DNA of 64,000 bases from Antedon mediterranea. Its lineage: Eukaryota; Animalia; Echinodermata. The notes below the pieces were generated by a model. It worked only from the letters and a program-made list of their open reading frames with translations. It made no database searches and was not told the origin of the DNA. The stretch's first letter is position 1, and every line of letters starts with the position of its first letter. Below, piece by piece: positions 13,969 through 26,749 of the stretch. A program made the translations under genes and the position numbers. The DNA lies in NCBI RefSeq assembly GCF_964355755.1, contig NC_092676.1:22772871-22836870 (forward strand). The letters run 5' to 3'.

Positions 13969-14630
13969 CAGATTCCTTGACCATGGTTTGTTATCAAATA
14001 TGTTTACTACTACCCACACATAGACCTAACTCTATTAAATAAAACTTTACTGTAGTAGTTACCAAGGTTTGACATCTATGATAATATAGTAAAAGAATGC
14101 CAGTATAAACGCCATCGAAGCGAGGACAAACAAGAACGTACGTCAGAGACCTATGAAATAATATATGCCAATGTACCTTGCCAACGACACATTCAGTTTG
14201 TATTTGGACTCGGCCTTGTATTTCATAATTATAAGGTAGCCAAATAGTGATTTATTTTAGGCTCATGTCCTGAAAGCGGCATGTATCTTAATTTAGTGAT
14301 TATCATACTTCTTCAGGAGCCTACGGATCTTAAGGTCCTGGTTTAAATCCAGGTTGGTGAATATACATTACCTGGCTGGGCTTTCATGCTAAAAACAGCG
14401 CTATACGACATACAACACTGCAGAAAAAATATGATTTTGAAAAACAGAACAGAATAAAGAAATGTATTATTAACTGTAATAGAAAATGTAAAGTAGGCTA
14501 CCATAACTTAAGTTTTTATTGATTAAATCCGCCACTGATTTTCCCTGACATGAGTAAATGATAAACGTTAGCAATATTCTCTTACCGGCGGACAGAATTA
14601 TTGCACATTTTGAATGCGTATAAACAACGC

Positions 14631-14874
14631 ACATTTGTCGTATTCGATTGGGAACTTTCGTTGTCAAACGTAAAGATTCGTTGAGTAGGCCTACTTTGTA
14701 TTCGAATTGTAAATTTGTGCTCAACAGAAAGTCATTCGAATAGAAAACGTTGACAACGAAAGCTTTTTCGTTAAGAACAATCTCAACGCTCAAAATACTC
14801 CGTTAAAGAAGTAGGCCTACTCAATGGAAAAACTGTACTCAACGGTGAAAGTCTAAATCGAATACGACAATTGT
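14631..14874. mobile_element. MITE-like palindromic element
   Basis: TTGTCGTATTCGATT (14635) is inverted as AATCGAATACGACAA (14856); inner GAGTAGGCCTACT / AGTAGGCCTACTC pair. No TSD resolved. Confidence 0.5.
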
Positions 14875-15073
14875 CTAATTATCAAAACGACTAAATGCAA
14901 AAACGAAACAGACGTCGTGGCGATCCACAACAGGCGTTGAGTTGAGGCTTATTGCCCCATTATATATTTTTACTAAACATACGTGGCGCCCTCTCTATTG
15001 CGTTTAATTTCACGTTGGCTGCACCATGTGCGTATTGGCTGGTGGATGCATATCGGCGTGTTTTTTCTTAAAC

Positions 15074-15093
15074 CATGGAGGTATACCTCCATG
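15074..15093. mobile_element. 20-bp palindromic micro-element with 7-bp TSD (P-superfamily-like ends)
   Basis: CTTAAAC-CATGGAGGTATACCTCCATG-CTTAAAC. Confidence 0.65.
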
Positions 15094-15818
15094 CTTAAAC
15101 TAAGTGACGTTTGTGTAATGGAATGTATTTAAGATAGGTAAATTACCACCAATGCTGTTATATTGTTACTTTAGGCCTAATATAGTAGTTTTTGTACGTC
15201 GCAATGCATCAGCTTCTTTCTAAATAAACTCTCTAATCTCTATAGAGGGCCAGGCTATAGTAGGACTCGAGCTAGGCTAGACTAACTAAGCCCTAGTACT
15301 TCTAGATAGCTGTATAATATAATAGCGGCGGCTAGCAGGAGGCCCTCTAGATAGCTAGACCTCTTTAGCCTAGCTAGTTTTTAGGCATAGTTAGTAGTAC
15401 AGGCTGATATAGGCATTAAAATAGGCCTCTTCCTACCCTATCTATAGTATAGATCGAGGCCGGATCGCTTAATAATACTAGTAGTAGACCTAGTCCTTCT
15501 ACCTAAAAATGAAGGAAATATGACCTCCCGTCACGGCCACATTTAAATCATGATGGTCAGGTTAGTAAGATAATAAAGGCTTATTGCAAATAGCTTGATT
15601 TTGCGAGAAACGTCATTTGATTTAATGTTTTGGGAGCAAACGCCAGGGCGTCTACTACGTACACAACAAATCATATACGTACATTGTGACGCACCCTATT
15701 TGCAATAAAGTTTATTTTGGGAGTATAGGAACCTACAGTTTCCCTGAAATTGTATTGAATGGAATTTAAACATGGTATAGTACATTTTTATTTCAGAAAG
15801 AAGAAGATAAAGGCCATC

Positions 15819-16748
15819 ATGAAATATAAATGTGAACACTGTGGAGATAGATTTAAGTTTGACGAGTTGAAGGTACATTTAGGGATACATACACATACTA
15901 TAGAGATAAAATGTGAACAATGTGAAAAGATATTTCATAAAGAAGATGATTTCGAGCTACATTGCCAAACCCACAAACATAACGATTTGAAAACACATTT
16001 GCCTGTGGGCCTACCCACAGTCAATAGGATACCATATGTATGTTGTGAATATTGTGGCCTGAAATTTAATAACAGTAAAAATTTGAACAAGCATCTGAAC
16101 ACAAATCACACAGGAGAAATTATAACATGTGAACACTGTGGTAAAAAGTGGAAAACAGATTCAAATTTAAAAACAAATGTGAGAAAACACACCACAGAAG
16201 AGATACCATATGAATGTGAACATTGTGGGAACAAATTTGTACTTCTTAAATCGAATTTGAAATCAAATTTGAGAATACAAACGGCACAGACACCATATGA
16301 ATGTGAACACTGTGGGAAGAAATTTAGACTTAAATCGAAATTGAAATTACATTTAAGTATACACACAGATGAGAAGAGGCCATTTACATGTGAACATTGT
16401 GGATATAAATTCAAAGAAAGTGGGCATTTGAAAAAACATTTAAGAATACACACAGGAGAGACGCCTTTTGAATGTGAACATTGTGGAAAAAAATTTAAAC
16501 GTAAAGGAAACTTGAAATCACATTTGAGAATTATACACAAAAAAGACCTACAAACAAAATTTGAATGTAAATACTGTGGAAAAAACTGTACACACAATGA
16601 TTCTTTGAAATCACATATAATGTTAATGCACGCAGCTGAGACATCATTTGTATGTGAGCATTGTGGGAGAAAATGTAAAAATAATGATTCATTGAAATCA
16701 CATATGGGTCATTCCATCTCAGTTCACCCAAAAAAAATGGAATTTTAA
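15819..16748 (+). CDS. Residual N-terminal zinc-finger ORF (~309 aa); the last residues are read from the transposon TIR
   Basis: Open frame of C2H2 fingers running into GGGTCATTCC and stopping at 16746-16748. Confidence 0.55.
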   Translation: MKYKCEHCGDRFKFDELKVHLGIHTHTIEIKCEQCEKIFHKEDDFELHCQTHKHNDLKTHLPVGLPTVNRIPYVCCEYCGLKFNNSKNLNKHLNTNHTGEIITCEHCGKKWKTDSNLKTNVRKHTTEEIPYECEHCGNKFVLLKSNLKSNLRIQTAQTPYECEHCGKKFRLKSKLKLHLSIHTDEKRPFTCEHCGYKFKESGHLKKHLRIHTGETPFECEHCGKKFKRKGNLKSHLRIIHKKDLQTKFECKYCGKNCTHNDSLKSHIMLMHAAETSFVCEHCGRKCKNNDSLKSHMGHSISVHPKKMEF

Positions 16749-17397
16749 ACCCTACCTCTTCCAATTTTGATGAAATTTGGTATATGGGTGATTCATAGCA
16801 ATTAAAGCCAAAATTTCAAATTTTAACTTTATCGGACCAACGGTTTTCGAGATATCGCAATTTCAATTTTCGGTTTTTACGCAAAAAAGCGCGCGGCCGC
16901 CACGTTTCAAAGAGCTGTATCTCGGGAACTATAGGTTCGATTTTAAAAACAAAGGTATTTTTGTAAAGGGGAGACCATAAGGAACCTAAATATACTAATT
17001 GTGTGTGTTTTATGTTAATTTTAAGTTGAATAAAACTTTGACATATATTTTGACCTTGAAATTGACCCCGTGGAACACGCCCGATTTGTTGGTGACTATC
17101 ACAAAAAATGTAGCCCTACGTGTCAACTACAACATATAAAAAAATTGGAGGGGTTTTTTTTCTTTGTTTCCATGAAATTACAATTTGAAGTTGACATACC
17201 TCTTCCTTTATAGTGTATTTTTGGTGTTGTTATACTTATACACAGTGTGAACACTAACTGTTAAGGTGTCTTATTGTTACGCTTTCTCATCAGGCCCACT
17301 TAAACAGTAGATATATTTTGATATGAGAAATACTGGGTAACTCGCATACTTTTCAAATCAATTTTGACACATAGTTTAGTGTCCTTACTATGTTATT

Positions 17398-18670
17398 ATG
17401 CACATTAACATATGCATAATAAGTGATTGCAGAGAACATACAACAGTTACTGTATATGCCTTTTTAAAGGTTGTCATCCCCTATATAAAAACAAAACTAC
17501 CAACCATGAAAAAAGTTCATTATTTCACAGATGGATGTGGCGGCCAATACAAAAACAAATATAACTTTATTAACCTTTGCCACCACCAGGAAGATTTTGG
17601 TTTAGACGCCGAGTGGAATTTTTTCGCTACATCACATGGCAAGAGTGCGTGTGATGGCATAGGTGGAACAGTTAAGAGGCTTGTCACTAAGAGAAGCTTA
17701 CAGCGTTTGACTGAATGTCATATTATCACATCTCTCAGTATGTTCGACTACTGTGTAATTTTTTATTTTTATTATATGTCTTTAGGCAATGTGGCCAAGG
17801 ATTATCAATAGTGAATTAATCACTGTCCTATCAGATAGGTGGTAATCCCCCTGATACAGGGGCTATTGTGTGAACCAGTTCACCGGGGTAACCCCCTACT
17901 CTTTTTCGAATAATGAACTGGGTTCTTTAAAGTACACACATGTTATAACTGGACTGGACCTACGGTTTATAGTCCTTATCCGAGAAGACTTGTTCCACCA
18001 CCAGAACGGAGCGAGTCGGCCTCGAACCCTTGCCGATGTTGTTGTTGGCTCTTTTAGGTACGGTAAACGGCGCCCCTGCCTTAACCGCTCGGCCATATGA
18101 CTCGCTCATATGGACATTCCAGGCATCAACTTTTTTCATGTGGGAATAGATGAGGTATCTACTGTGGAAAAAGAAATAAAGCCGAGATTCAACCTCGCCC
18201 AGACCATCAAGGGTACATTAGAATATCATCGCTTTGTTCCCGTTTCTCTGGCACAGATGCAGGTCTACAAACTTAGTACCCAGATAAACCCTCCGGATGT
18301 GGTAGTGATTCAAGAATCTTTCAGTGATGAAAATGAAATTGTTGCTGATACACAACCCACCATTATTAGACTTCAGAATTTTGTGTGCTGTAGTTATGAT
18401 GGTGTCCCATGGATTGGTTTGGTGGTGGATGTCTCACTCTCAGAAGAGTTTGGGGATTTTCAAATTAAATTTATGCATCCTCATGGGTCAGCGAAAACCT
18501 TTTATTGGCCGTCCAAAGAAGACTGTTGTTGGATTCCTGAATCAAATGTACATTGTATTATAGCCTCTCCGTTTATAAAATCCTCTTCGACTAGGAATTA
18601 CAGTATTTCCCAAAATGATCGCCACAACATTTCTAAATACTGTTTGAATTGTCCAGATGACAAGGAGTAA
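17398..18670 (+). pseudogene. C-terminal part of a Sola-type DDD transposase, split by a SINE
   Basis: YFTDGCGGQYKN and FFATSHGKSACDGIGGTVKR motifs; removing 17758-18109 joins ..MFDYCV to MDIPGINFF.. in frame; C-terminal FMHPHG..FYWP..ED.CW motif. Confidence 0.82.
17758..18109 (-). mobile_element. tRNA-derived SINE with a Nin-domain-like core
   Basis: Minus-strand A box TGGCCGAGCGG (18085-18095) and B box GGTTCGAGGCC (18018-18028); paired GAGCGAGTC/GACTCGCTC stem; core ..ACGGTTTATAGTCCTTATCCGAGAAGACT..; A-rich tail at 17758-17773. Confidence 0.8.
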
Positions 18671-21333
18671 AGGCCAGACATAGACAATTGTAACATTATA
18701 ATAATATTTAGTTTGTAAATAAAATTAATTTTGGAATACATCAAATTGACATTGAAGTAATGCATGGACAGACACCAAAAATACACTAAAAGGAAGAGGT
18801 ATGTCAACTTCAAATTGTAATTTCATGGAAACAAAGAAAAAAAACCCCTCCAATTTTTTTATATGTTGTAGTTGACACGTAGGGCTACATTTTTCATGAT
18901 AGTCACCAACAAAACGGGCGTGTTCCACGGGGTCAATTTCAAGGTCAAAATATATGTCAAAGTTTTATTCAACTTAAAATTAACATAAAACACACACAAT
19001 TAGTATATTTAGATTCCTTATGGTCTCCCCTTTACAAAAATACCTTTGCTTTTAAAATCGAACCTATAGTTCCCGAGATACAGCTCTTTGAAACGTGGCG
19101 GACGCGCCCTTTTTTGCGTAAAAACCGAAAAGTGAAATTGCGATATCTTAAAAACCGTTGGTCCGATAAAGTTAAAATTTGATATTTTGGCTTTAATTGC
19201 TATGAATCACCCATATACCAAATTTCATCAAAATTGGAAGAGGTAGGGTTTAACTCATTGGGTGATCTGAGATGGAATGACCCATATAATGTTAATGCAT
19301 GCAGCTGAGACATCATTTGTATGTGAGCATTGTGGGAGAAAATGTAAAAATAATGATTCATTGAAATCACATATAATGTTAATGCATGCAGCTGAGACAT
19401 CATTTGTATGTCAGCATTGTGGGAGAAAATGTAAAAATAATGTTTCATTGAAATCACATATAATGTTAATGCATGCAGCTGAGACATCATTTGTATGTGA
19501 GCATTGTGGGGAAAAATTTAAAAGTAATACAAATTTGAAATCACATTTGACAATTCACACAGGAGAGAAACAACCAATTAATCAATCACAGCAGGTGCTT
19601 TATTTCAATTTTCCCATTTATATAATTCAAAATATTGAAAACAATGAATCAAATGGAGGAGCAATGACGATGGAAAAATCCCTGACAAATGTTCCATCAT
19701 CTTATGAATGTAAACATTGTAGAAAAAAATTTAAAGGTAATGAAGAATTGAAAAGACATTTGAGAATACCTACAGATGGAGCTAAACCATTAGAATGTGA
19801 ACATTGTGAAAAGAAATTTAAAGAAAATAAAAATTTGAAAGCACATTTAAGAATACACACAGGAGAGACACCCTATGAATGTAAGCATTGTGGGAAGAAA
19901 TTTAGACTTGCATCAAAATTAAAATTACATTTAAGTATACACACAAGTGAGAAGAGGCCATTTACATGTGAACATTGCGGAAATAAATTCAAAGAAAGTG
20001 GGAGTTTAAAAAGACATTTAAGAATACACACAGGAGAGACGCCATTTGAATGTGAACATTGTGGAAAAAAATTTAAACGTAAAGGACACTTGAAATCACA
20101 TTTGAGAATTATACACAAAGAAGACCTACAGACAAATTTTGAATGTAAATAATGTGGAAAAAACTGTACACACAATGATTCTTTGAAATCACATAATGTT
20201 AATGCACGCATCTGAGACACTATTTGTATGTGAGCATTGTGGGAGAAAATGTAAAAATAATGATTTATTGAAATCACATATAATGTTAATGCATGCAGCT
20301 GAGACATCATTTGTATGTGACCATTGTGGGGAAAAATTTAAAGAAAGTGGAAATTTGAAAGCACATTTAAGAATACACACAGGAGACACCCTATGAAAGT
20401 AAGCATTGTGGGAAGAAATTTAAACGTAATGAACATTTGAAATCACATATGATTGTACACACATCTGAGATACCATATGAAATGTGAATATTGTGGGAAG
20501 AAATATAAACATAGTACAAATTTAATTTCACATTTGAGAATTACACACAAAAAACAGAAAACAATTTTAATGTAAACACTGGAAAAAAGATGACATTAAT
20601 GCACACAGTCAGCTGAGACCTTATAATGAGTGTGAACATTGTGGGGGGAAATTTAAAAATAATACAAATTTGAGAATACACAAAGAAGAGACGCAATCAG
20701 TTACAGTACATCTATTTTATTTCAATTTTCCCAAAATATTGAAAACAGCAATGGGTGACGGCGATATAGCAGAGGCAAAGTCCATAGAAAATGTTGCACC
20801 ATCTTATGAATTGATAAGACTCTGGACAAAATTGAACATGATAAAGATTTAATAGACTTGAGTCCAAACTGTTTGCAAGTGAAAATTGTGGGAAGAAATT
20901 TCAGTCCAGAATCATATGTTTACGTTTATTTTTTACGTCATTAGACCAGTTCGGCCTGTTTGCCATCACGTCCACTGCTAATCTCGGTTTTGTGTTTGCT
21001 TGAGCACAAGTTAATTAATTATCAATGTTATTTTAATTGTTATTGAGATCATTTTATCATCATTCTATTCATTTATTTCTGCATGGTGAAGCGCAAACAT
21101 TTTGAAATTAATGAATTGAAAACATAGAACTCGAAAAGTAAATTTTTAAACTTGATCTTTGAATTTTCTGTTTATATTTTTCTAATTGCAAATATTGAAA
21201 TTCCTGCAACTTTATATCGTCAGATAAACAGAGTTATTGTCAATTTGATTGCAAATGTTGATAATAAACATTCTGAAAATGACGATTAAGAAATACAACA
21301 AATCAATCATCATGTTTTGATATGTGTAACTTA

Positions 21334-22167
21334 TTACTCAAGTGACATAACGGATTTCTTAACACCCTCTGCGTCTGGTCTGGAATTGGGATCAAACTGG
21401 ATCATTCTTGTAATCAATATTCGCAAGCGGTCTTTCTTTATTCCTTTACATATTATATCGTTCGCCACGGACTGATATTGAATGCTCGCATTTAAATTGG
21501 CACCAATACATTCTTTCTCAACACGTTCCTTTAGTCCATATATAACACAAAACACAAGTCCCATGCTAAAAATATCGACTTTAAGACCGTAGCGCGTGTT
21601 GTCTTCGCTAAGGACTTCTGGGGCCATGTATGGAGCAGTGCCAATCTTCGTGCGAGCGTACATTCCTCCCCATTGTTTTCTATCTTGATGTGTCGTCATA
21701 ATCTTTGCAATCCCAAAGTCTGCAAGCTTCGCGATATGTCGGGCACCATCATAAGTAACCAAAATGTTGGCTGGTTTCAGATCCCTGTGTACGATATTGC
21801 GTCCATGTATATATGCTATGCCTGATGCTATATCTTGAAGGAACCCAACGCGCGGCACACGATGAGAGGGGTTGTTTTCAATGAAGTGTTCAATGTTATT
21901 CTGTGGGCAGAATTCCATAACCATGCATATTTCGTTTGTTTCATTATCTATGTAGTGGCCTTTCAACTGTACAACATTTTTATGGGCTGCGATATTTAGG
22001 GCATCAATCTCGTTTTGAACTGCAGCATACTTACTAGAGTCTTTAAATGTCTTCACGGCTACAACTTCTCCATTTATAGAGTTGATCGCTTTATACACAT
22101 CGCCAAAGCCACCACTTCCCAGGTGTTCTGTCTTAATGTATTGCGGCTGGCTCACAAAAATTCCCAT
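21334..22167 (-). CDS. Ser/Thr protein kinase, 277 aa, single coding exon (STK35/PDIK1L-like)
   Basis: GSGGFG, VAVK, helix-C Glu, HRDLKPAN, DFG, YMAPE, DIFSMG and the subdomain XI Arg are all present; acceptor TTTTCCAG 21 nt upstream of the ATG. Confidence 0.9.
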   Translation of the reverse strand: MGIFVSQPQYIKTEHLGSGGFGDVYKAINSINGEVVAVKTFKDSSKYAAVQNEIDALNIAAHKNVVQLKGHYIDNETNEICMVMEFCPQNNIEHFIENNPSHRVPRVGFLQDIASGIAYIHGRNIVHRDLKPANILVTYDGARHIAKLADFGIAKIMTTHQDRKQWGGMYARTKIGTAPYMAPEVLSEDNTRYGLKVDIFSMGLVFCVIYGLKERVEKECIGANLNASIQYQSVANDIICKGIKKDRLRILITRMIQFDPNSRPDAEGVKKSVMSLE

Positions 22168-23530
22168 TTTAGCTTGGTAATACTGTAACTGGAAAATAAA
22201 TATAACTTAACTTTATTTGTTGTTTAATTTTGTTTTATGTGATTGTACATAACTAAATGTATTGTGTAATGAATGGCAATTAATAGCATTGCCTGTGATA
22301 TGCTGTACTACTGTATTTATTCGAATAAACGCCCGTGGCGTTTATTGTTCGGGAGTGCTTTAGTGGGAAGAGTTTATTCATAGGAGACGTTTATGGTTTT
22401 GACTGTACTTAGTGACATAATTTAATACCTTCTCCCTAAATATGAACAAACTACAGTCAATTAATATCAAGAAGTGATAAAATACAGAAAAATTCTATCT
22501 ACATGCTTGGTCAATTTTTTGTAGTCAATGAGTTCTACTAAAAATTAATACAAATGTCATAATATTGTGTATATAATATCATTTATTTGAGGACAAAATA
22601 ATTAAGAATATTAATACAATTTATATAGGCCAAATAGATATTTAATTTAACACTTTACCTACCTTACTTCCAAAGTCACCGTTAGCAAATGCAGGGCAGA
22701 TTGTTGTAATACTGTACTATTATATCTCTGGTAGTTTTGGAATTTCCACGCGTCCAAATATAAACATAATAATGAGCAGTATGAATTGATGTTTTAATAG
22801 ATTCACGCTTCGCTAAGGAATAACAAATGTCGACAATGTTCAGAAAGAATAAATGATGTACGTTAGTGGCGTGTAACCATGAACCTATTATACATACTTC
22901 CATGGTGTAACAAAAAACATTTACAATCGCATTTAGAATACATTTTATTAATATTCGCAAAGCGCCAAAAAATACTTAGGGTTGATTTTGTGTGTGTGCA
23001 AAAGAGCTACAAGCATTAACACAGTAAACATACTAATAGGCCTACATTGTATACAAATAGATGTGATGTCCAAGCCGCAGCGTCATCATTGATAAACATA
23101 TTCGGTCGGTGTGCGGGTTCAGCTTTTTTAAGGATCTAGGATAGGACTGATACGGTACGTAGGTCTCCTCTACTGATGTGTTGTCGGTCGTCGCCTGAAT
23201 CTATCACAAAATAACAACTGTGTTGAGGAATAGTAGCGTGTCCTAACCGCATGAGTCGTCGGTCTTCTCAAATCAAAAAATTATATTGATTTCGAAGTTA
23301 CTTCTTTATCATTATTATGGAATACTTTTTTAATAGTTGATAATGAAATTATAACTAATTCTTAACAGAGTTAAGAGCAGCCGGACCAACGCTAATATAA
23401 AAGAGCAGATGAAAATAAAAACATACAGGAATTGTGATAATAGGTCTACACTACAATTGTTTATATTATTTTTAAAAGTTGAAACATGAAAACTGTATAT
23501 ATTTTGTCCAGCGTCTTCGTCCCTATTGCC

Positions 23531-25965
23531 ATTTCATTTCATTTCAAAAGACATTTATTTTCCTCCATATCAATACAATACAAAATAATAAACAGAAATG
23601 GTAAGGTATATTAAAAATGAAATAGATGATTGTTGGATATACAAAAGAAAAGTGAATTAAAGAAAATTGGCTATGGAGGAAGGCATAATCCCGAGAAGAT
23701 GAGGAAATCTTGTGCTGGGTATGCCAATGCAAATAAAATGGAAAATAAAATAAGAGTGGAAATTAAGAGAAACAAACAAGACAAAAAAAATAATTAAATA
23801 AATAAATAAATCTAAAAAAATAGATCAATAAAATTGTAGAATCAGAAAATAAAACTCAAAAACCACAGAAGATCAATGTTCAGCAGCATAAATCAAATTG
23901 CGACATTCGATCGTTGTCTTTTTAATAGTTTAACATTAGGTGTTGTTTTAATTTAATGGAAAATAAAGAAATTGAAACAGCATTTGTAATTGGGGGTGGT
24001 TAACTGTTCATCATTGATGGACCGGAGTATCTAATACTGTTTTGAAAATAATTGGTGTTGTGGATAGGTATGTGTATATCAGTTCTAGAACGTGCAGGGT
24101 AATTGTGAATAGAAAAATTCGGAATAAACATATTGTTTAAATGATTTGGAGAAGTGGAATGCAGGGCAGAGAATACAAATTTGCCTTGTTGCATTAAGTT
24201 TATATCAATGAGTTTGAGGAGATTAAGTTTGGAAAATAAATGGGAAGAATGGGACCGCGGTGGAGCGCCAGATATAATCCTGATAGCCTTCTTGTGAATA
24301 ATTTGCAGTTTACTGAGGTTGGATACGTAAGTATTGGCCCAGACAATGTTACAGTAGCTCAAGTAGGGAAGAATGAGGGAGCAGTAGAGGGTTCGAAGAA
24401 TATTAAGGGGTACAAATGAGGATAACCTAGATATGATACGAACGCTTTTGGAAGTCTTATTCTCTATACTTCTTTAATATGATTTTTCCACGTTAGATTG
24501 CTGTCCATAACTACACCTAAAAACTTAGCTGATTGTACACAAGGTATATCCTGGTTGTCAATGGTAATTTTGTTGGCTGATAAGTCAATAGATTTTAATA
24601 GTTGTGGGGTCCCAAAAAGGATGAAGCTACATTTTTTATGATTAAGAGAAAGTTTATTAGCTGCAAAATATTGGGACAAATTGATCAAATTGGAGTTTAC
24701 AGTATTGAATCAGGATTGGACATTTTTGTTAGAATAAAGTAGCCTACTGTAGTGTCGTCAGCATAAAGGAAAAAATTTAGGAGCTTTGAAGAGAAGTGAA
24801 TATCATTGATGTATAGAATAAATAAGAGGGGGCCAAGTAGAGATCCTTGAGGGACGCCGCATGTGATAGGACTAAAAGTGGATATGGAGTGAGAGTATTT
24901 GGTACATTGGGGGCACGATTGGAGAGGTAACTATTTAAGAGATTAATTGCTGATCCACGGATTCCATAGTGAGATAATTTGTGTAGAAGAATACTGTGGT
25001 CAATAGTATCAAAAGCCTTGGAAAGGTCTATGAAAATGCCGATTGCAAGATGGCGGTTTTCGAAAGCGTCTATAATTTTATTTGTCAGGTCGATGAGAGC
25101 CATTGACGTGTTGTGTCCCTTTCTGAAACCGTATTGTCTGTTGAAAAGTAAGTTGAATTTGGTAATAAATGAAAATATTTGGTCATAAATTACTCTTTCC
25201 AGGGCTTTTGAAGAAATGGATAAAATGGAGATGGGTCGATAATTAGAGAGATCAGATTTAGGACCAGATTTGTATATAGGGGTAACGCGCGCTAGCTTCA
25301 TCCTCTCTGGGAACACACCGCTGGATAAAGCAAGATTAAAAATATGACACAGGGGGAGGGAAATCAGGTCAGCAATGTATTTAATGGCCTTGGTATGAAA
25401 GTCATCAATACCTGGAGATTAATTTTTTTCAAAAGAGGTTATTATTTTGACTATTTCAGACTCATCAACTGGGTTAAGAAATATTGAATTTGGATTTGGA
25501 TTTGGTAAGAATTCTTTGAATGATTTGGTAACACGGGGAATTTGGTTTGCAAGGGTGGGGCCAATTTCGACAAAGTATTTATTAAACGCATTAGAAATTT
25601 TCTCCTGATCTTCGGTCAATTCGCCATCGCAGTTAAAGGGAGTATTGGATTGTTGATTGCTGTTGTTTTTGTTAATCAGAGAATTAATTGTCTTCCAAGT
25701 TGCCTTGATATCATTTTTATGTTTGTGACATATATTTTGGAAGTAATTAGCTTTAGAAATTTTGATTACAGAATTCAATTTATTGCGGTATAGTTTATAA
25801 GCTTTTTCATTTATGGGAGTCGGACGGTGAAGAAATTTGGCATATAATTTCTGCTTATAGGCCTATTTTATAGATTTGAGCAAGCCGTCAGACATCCATG
25901 ATTTTATTTTTTTGTGTCTTTTTTAGTATTGTACTGGAGGGGGAAGTTTTTGTCGTATAGGGACA
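23531..25965 (-). mobile_element. Degenerate 5'-truncated LINE (CR1/L2-group reverse transcriptase)
   Basis: Frameshifted ORF pieces: FNKYFVEIG, KLARVTPIYKSG, NYRPISIL, QYGFRKGH, FIDLSKAFDTIDH, KFLGV, YCNIVWA; (TGAAA)n tail at 23531-23546. Confidence 0.88.
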
Positions 25966-26185
25966 TGTGTGTTTGTCCTGTGTCTTGTTGTGCTGATGTA
26001 GCTGAATTGTTTTTTCTTTTTCTTTTTTCCCGTTATTTATTTTTTATTTTTGTATTGACTACTTTTGAAACATTTATTATAATTACTGTATATACTTTTT
26101 TGATTTTTTTTTCTTCTCCTCAAAGCCCTCTGGTCTTATTTAAGTTTCTCCAGCATAAGTGCATTCTACTTAAAAAAAACTCTCT

Positions 26186-26749
26186 CAACGTCTTTTCAAT
26201 TTATAGTGGGAGAGAGAGAGATTATTTACATGGTTAGGGGTGTTTTTTTTGTCAACCGCAGTATGCTTTGCGTGTCATATTTCCAAATGATTCCGTTGAA
26301 TTAACTTGAATATAAGTGCCTAAAGGCGAAATATCATGTGAAAAAAATCACTGTTTAAGAATAAAAGCTATGGTGAGAATGTTTACTACCGATTACAGTA
26401 TATAATAGTGAAAGTGATATTCTGCTAATATAATTAACATTTCAATTCAAATTTATTTATTATTATGTTAATAATGTATCTTATGAAAATAAATTTGAAT
26501 TGAAATGTTAATTATATTAGCAGAAAATCACTTTCACTAGTATTATATACTCGGTAGTAAACATTCTCACCATAGCTTGTATGATATTTCGGTTCTCACG
26601 CCGCGCCTTTAGGCACTTATATTCAAGATAATTCAACGGAATCATTTGGAAATTTGACACGCAAAGCATACTGCGGTTGACAAAAAAAACCACCCCTAAC
26701 CATGTAAATAATCTCGCTCTCCCTCCCACTATAAATTGAAAAGACGTTG
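26186..26749. repeat. Inverted repeat with ~275-bp arms and a ~28-bp spacer
   Basis: 26186-26459 is the reverse complement of 26487-26749 (CAACGTCTTTTCAATTTATAGTGGGAG... / ...CTCCCACTATAAATTGAAAAGACGTTG). Confidence 0.85.

Larger units (their letters stand above)
16706..19283 (+). mobile_element. Sola2-like DNA transposon, internally deleted
   Basis: ~520-bp TIRs (16706-17227 / 18772-19283); GGG...CCC termini; 4-bp TSD ATAT (16702-16705, 19284-19287); internal transposase remnant. Confidence 0.85.
15819..20900 (+). pseudogene. C2H2 zinc-finger gene, paralogue of 4872-6617, disrupted by a transposon plus downstream nonsense/frameshift lesions
   Basis: Same MKYKCEHC start after a TTTTTATTTCAG acceptor ending at 15796; frame resumes at 19288 after the insertion; TAC>TAA at 20150, 2-bp deletion near 20193 and further frameshifts to ~20900. 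Confidence 0.85.

Noticed and set aside
18009-18107. tRNA gene
   Set aside because: A and B boxes are present, but the head is fused to a SINE body and tail and the anticodon region is non-canonical.
17755-18109. Intron in the transposase (GTAATT at 17755)
   Set aside because: There is no AG acceptor at the resumption point, and the segment has SINE hallmarks.
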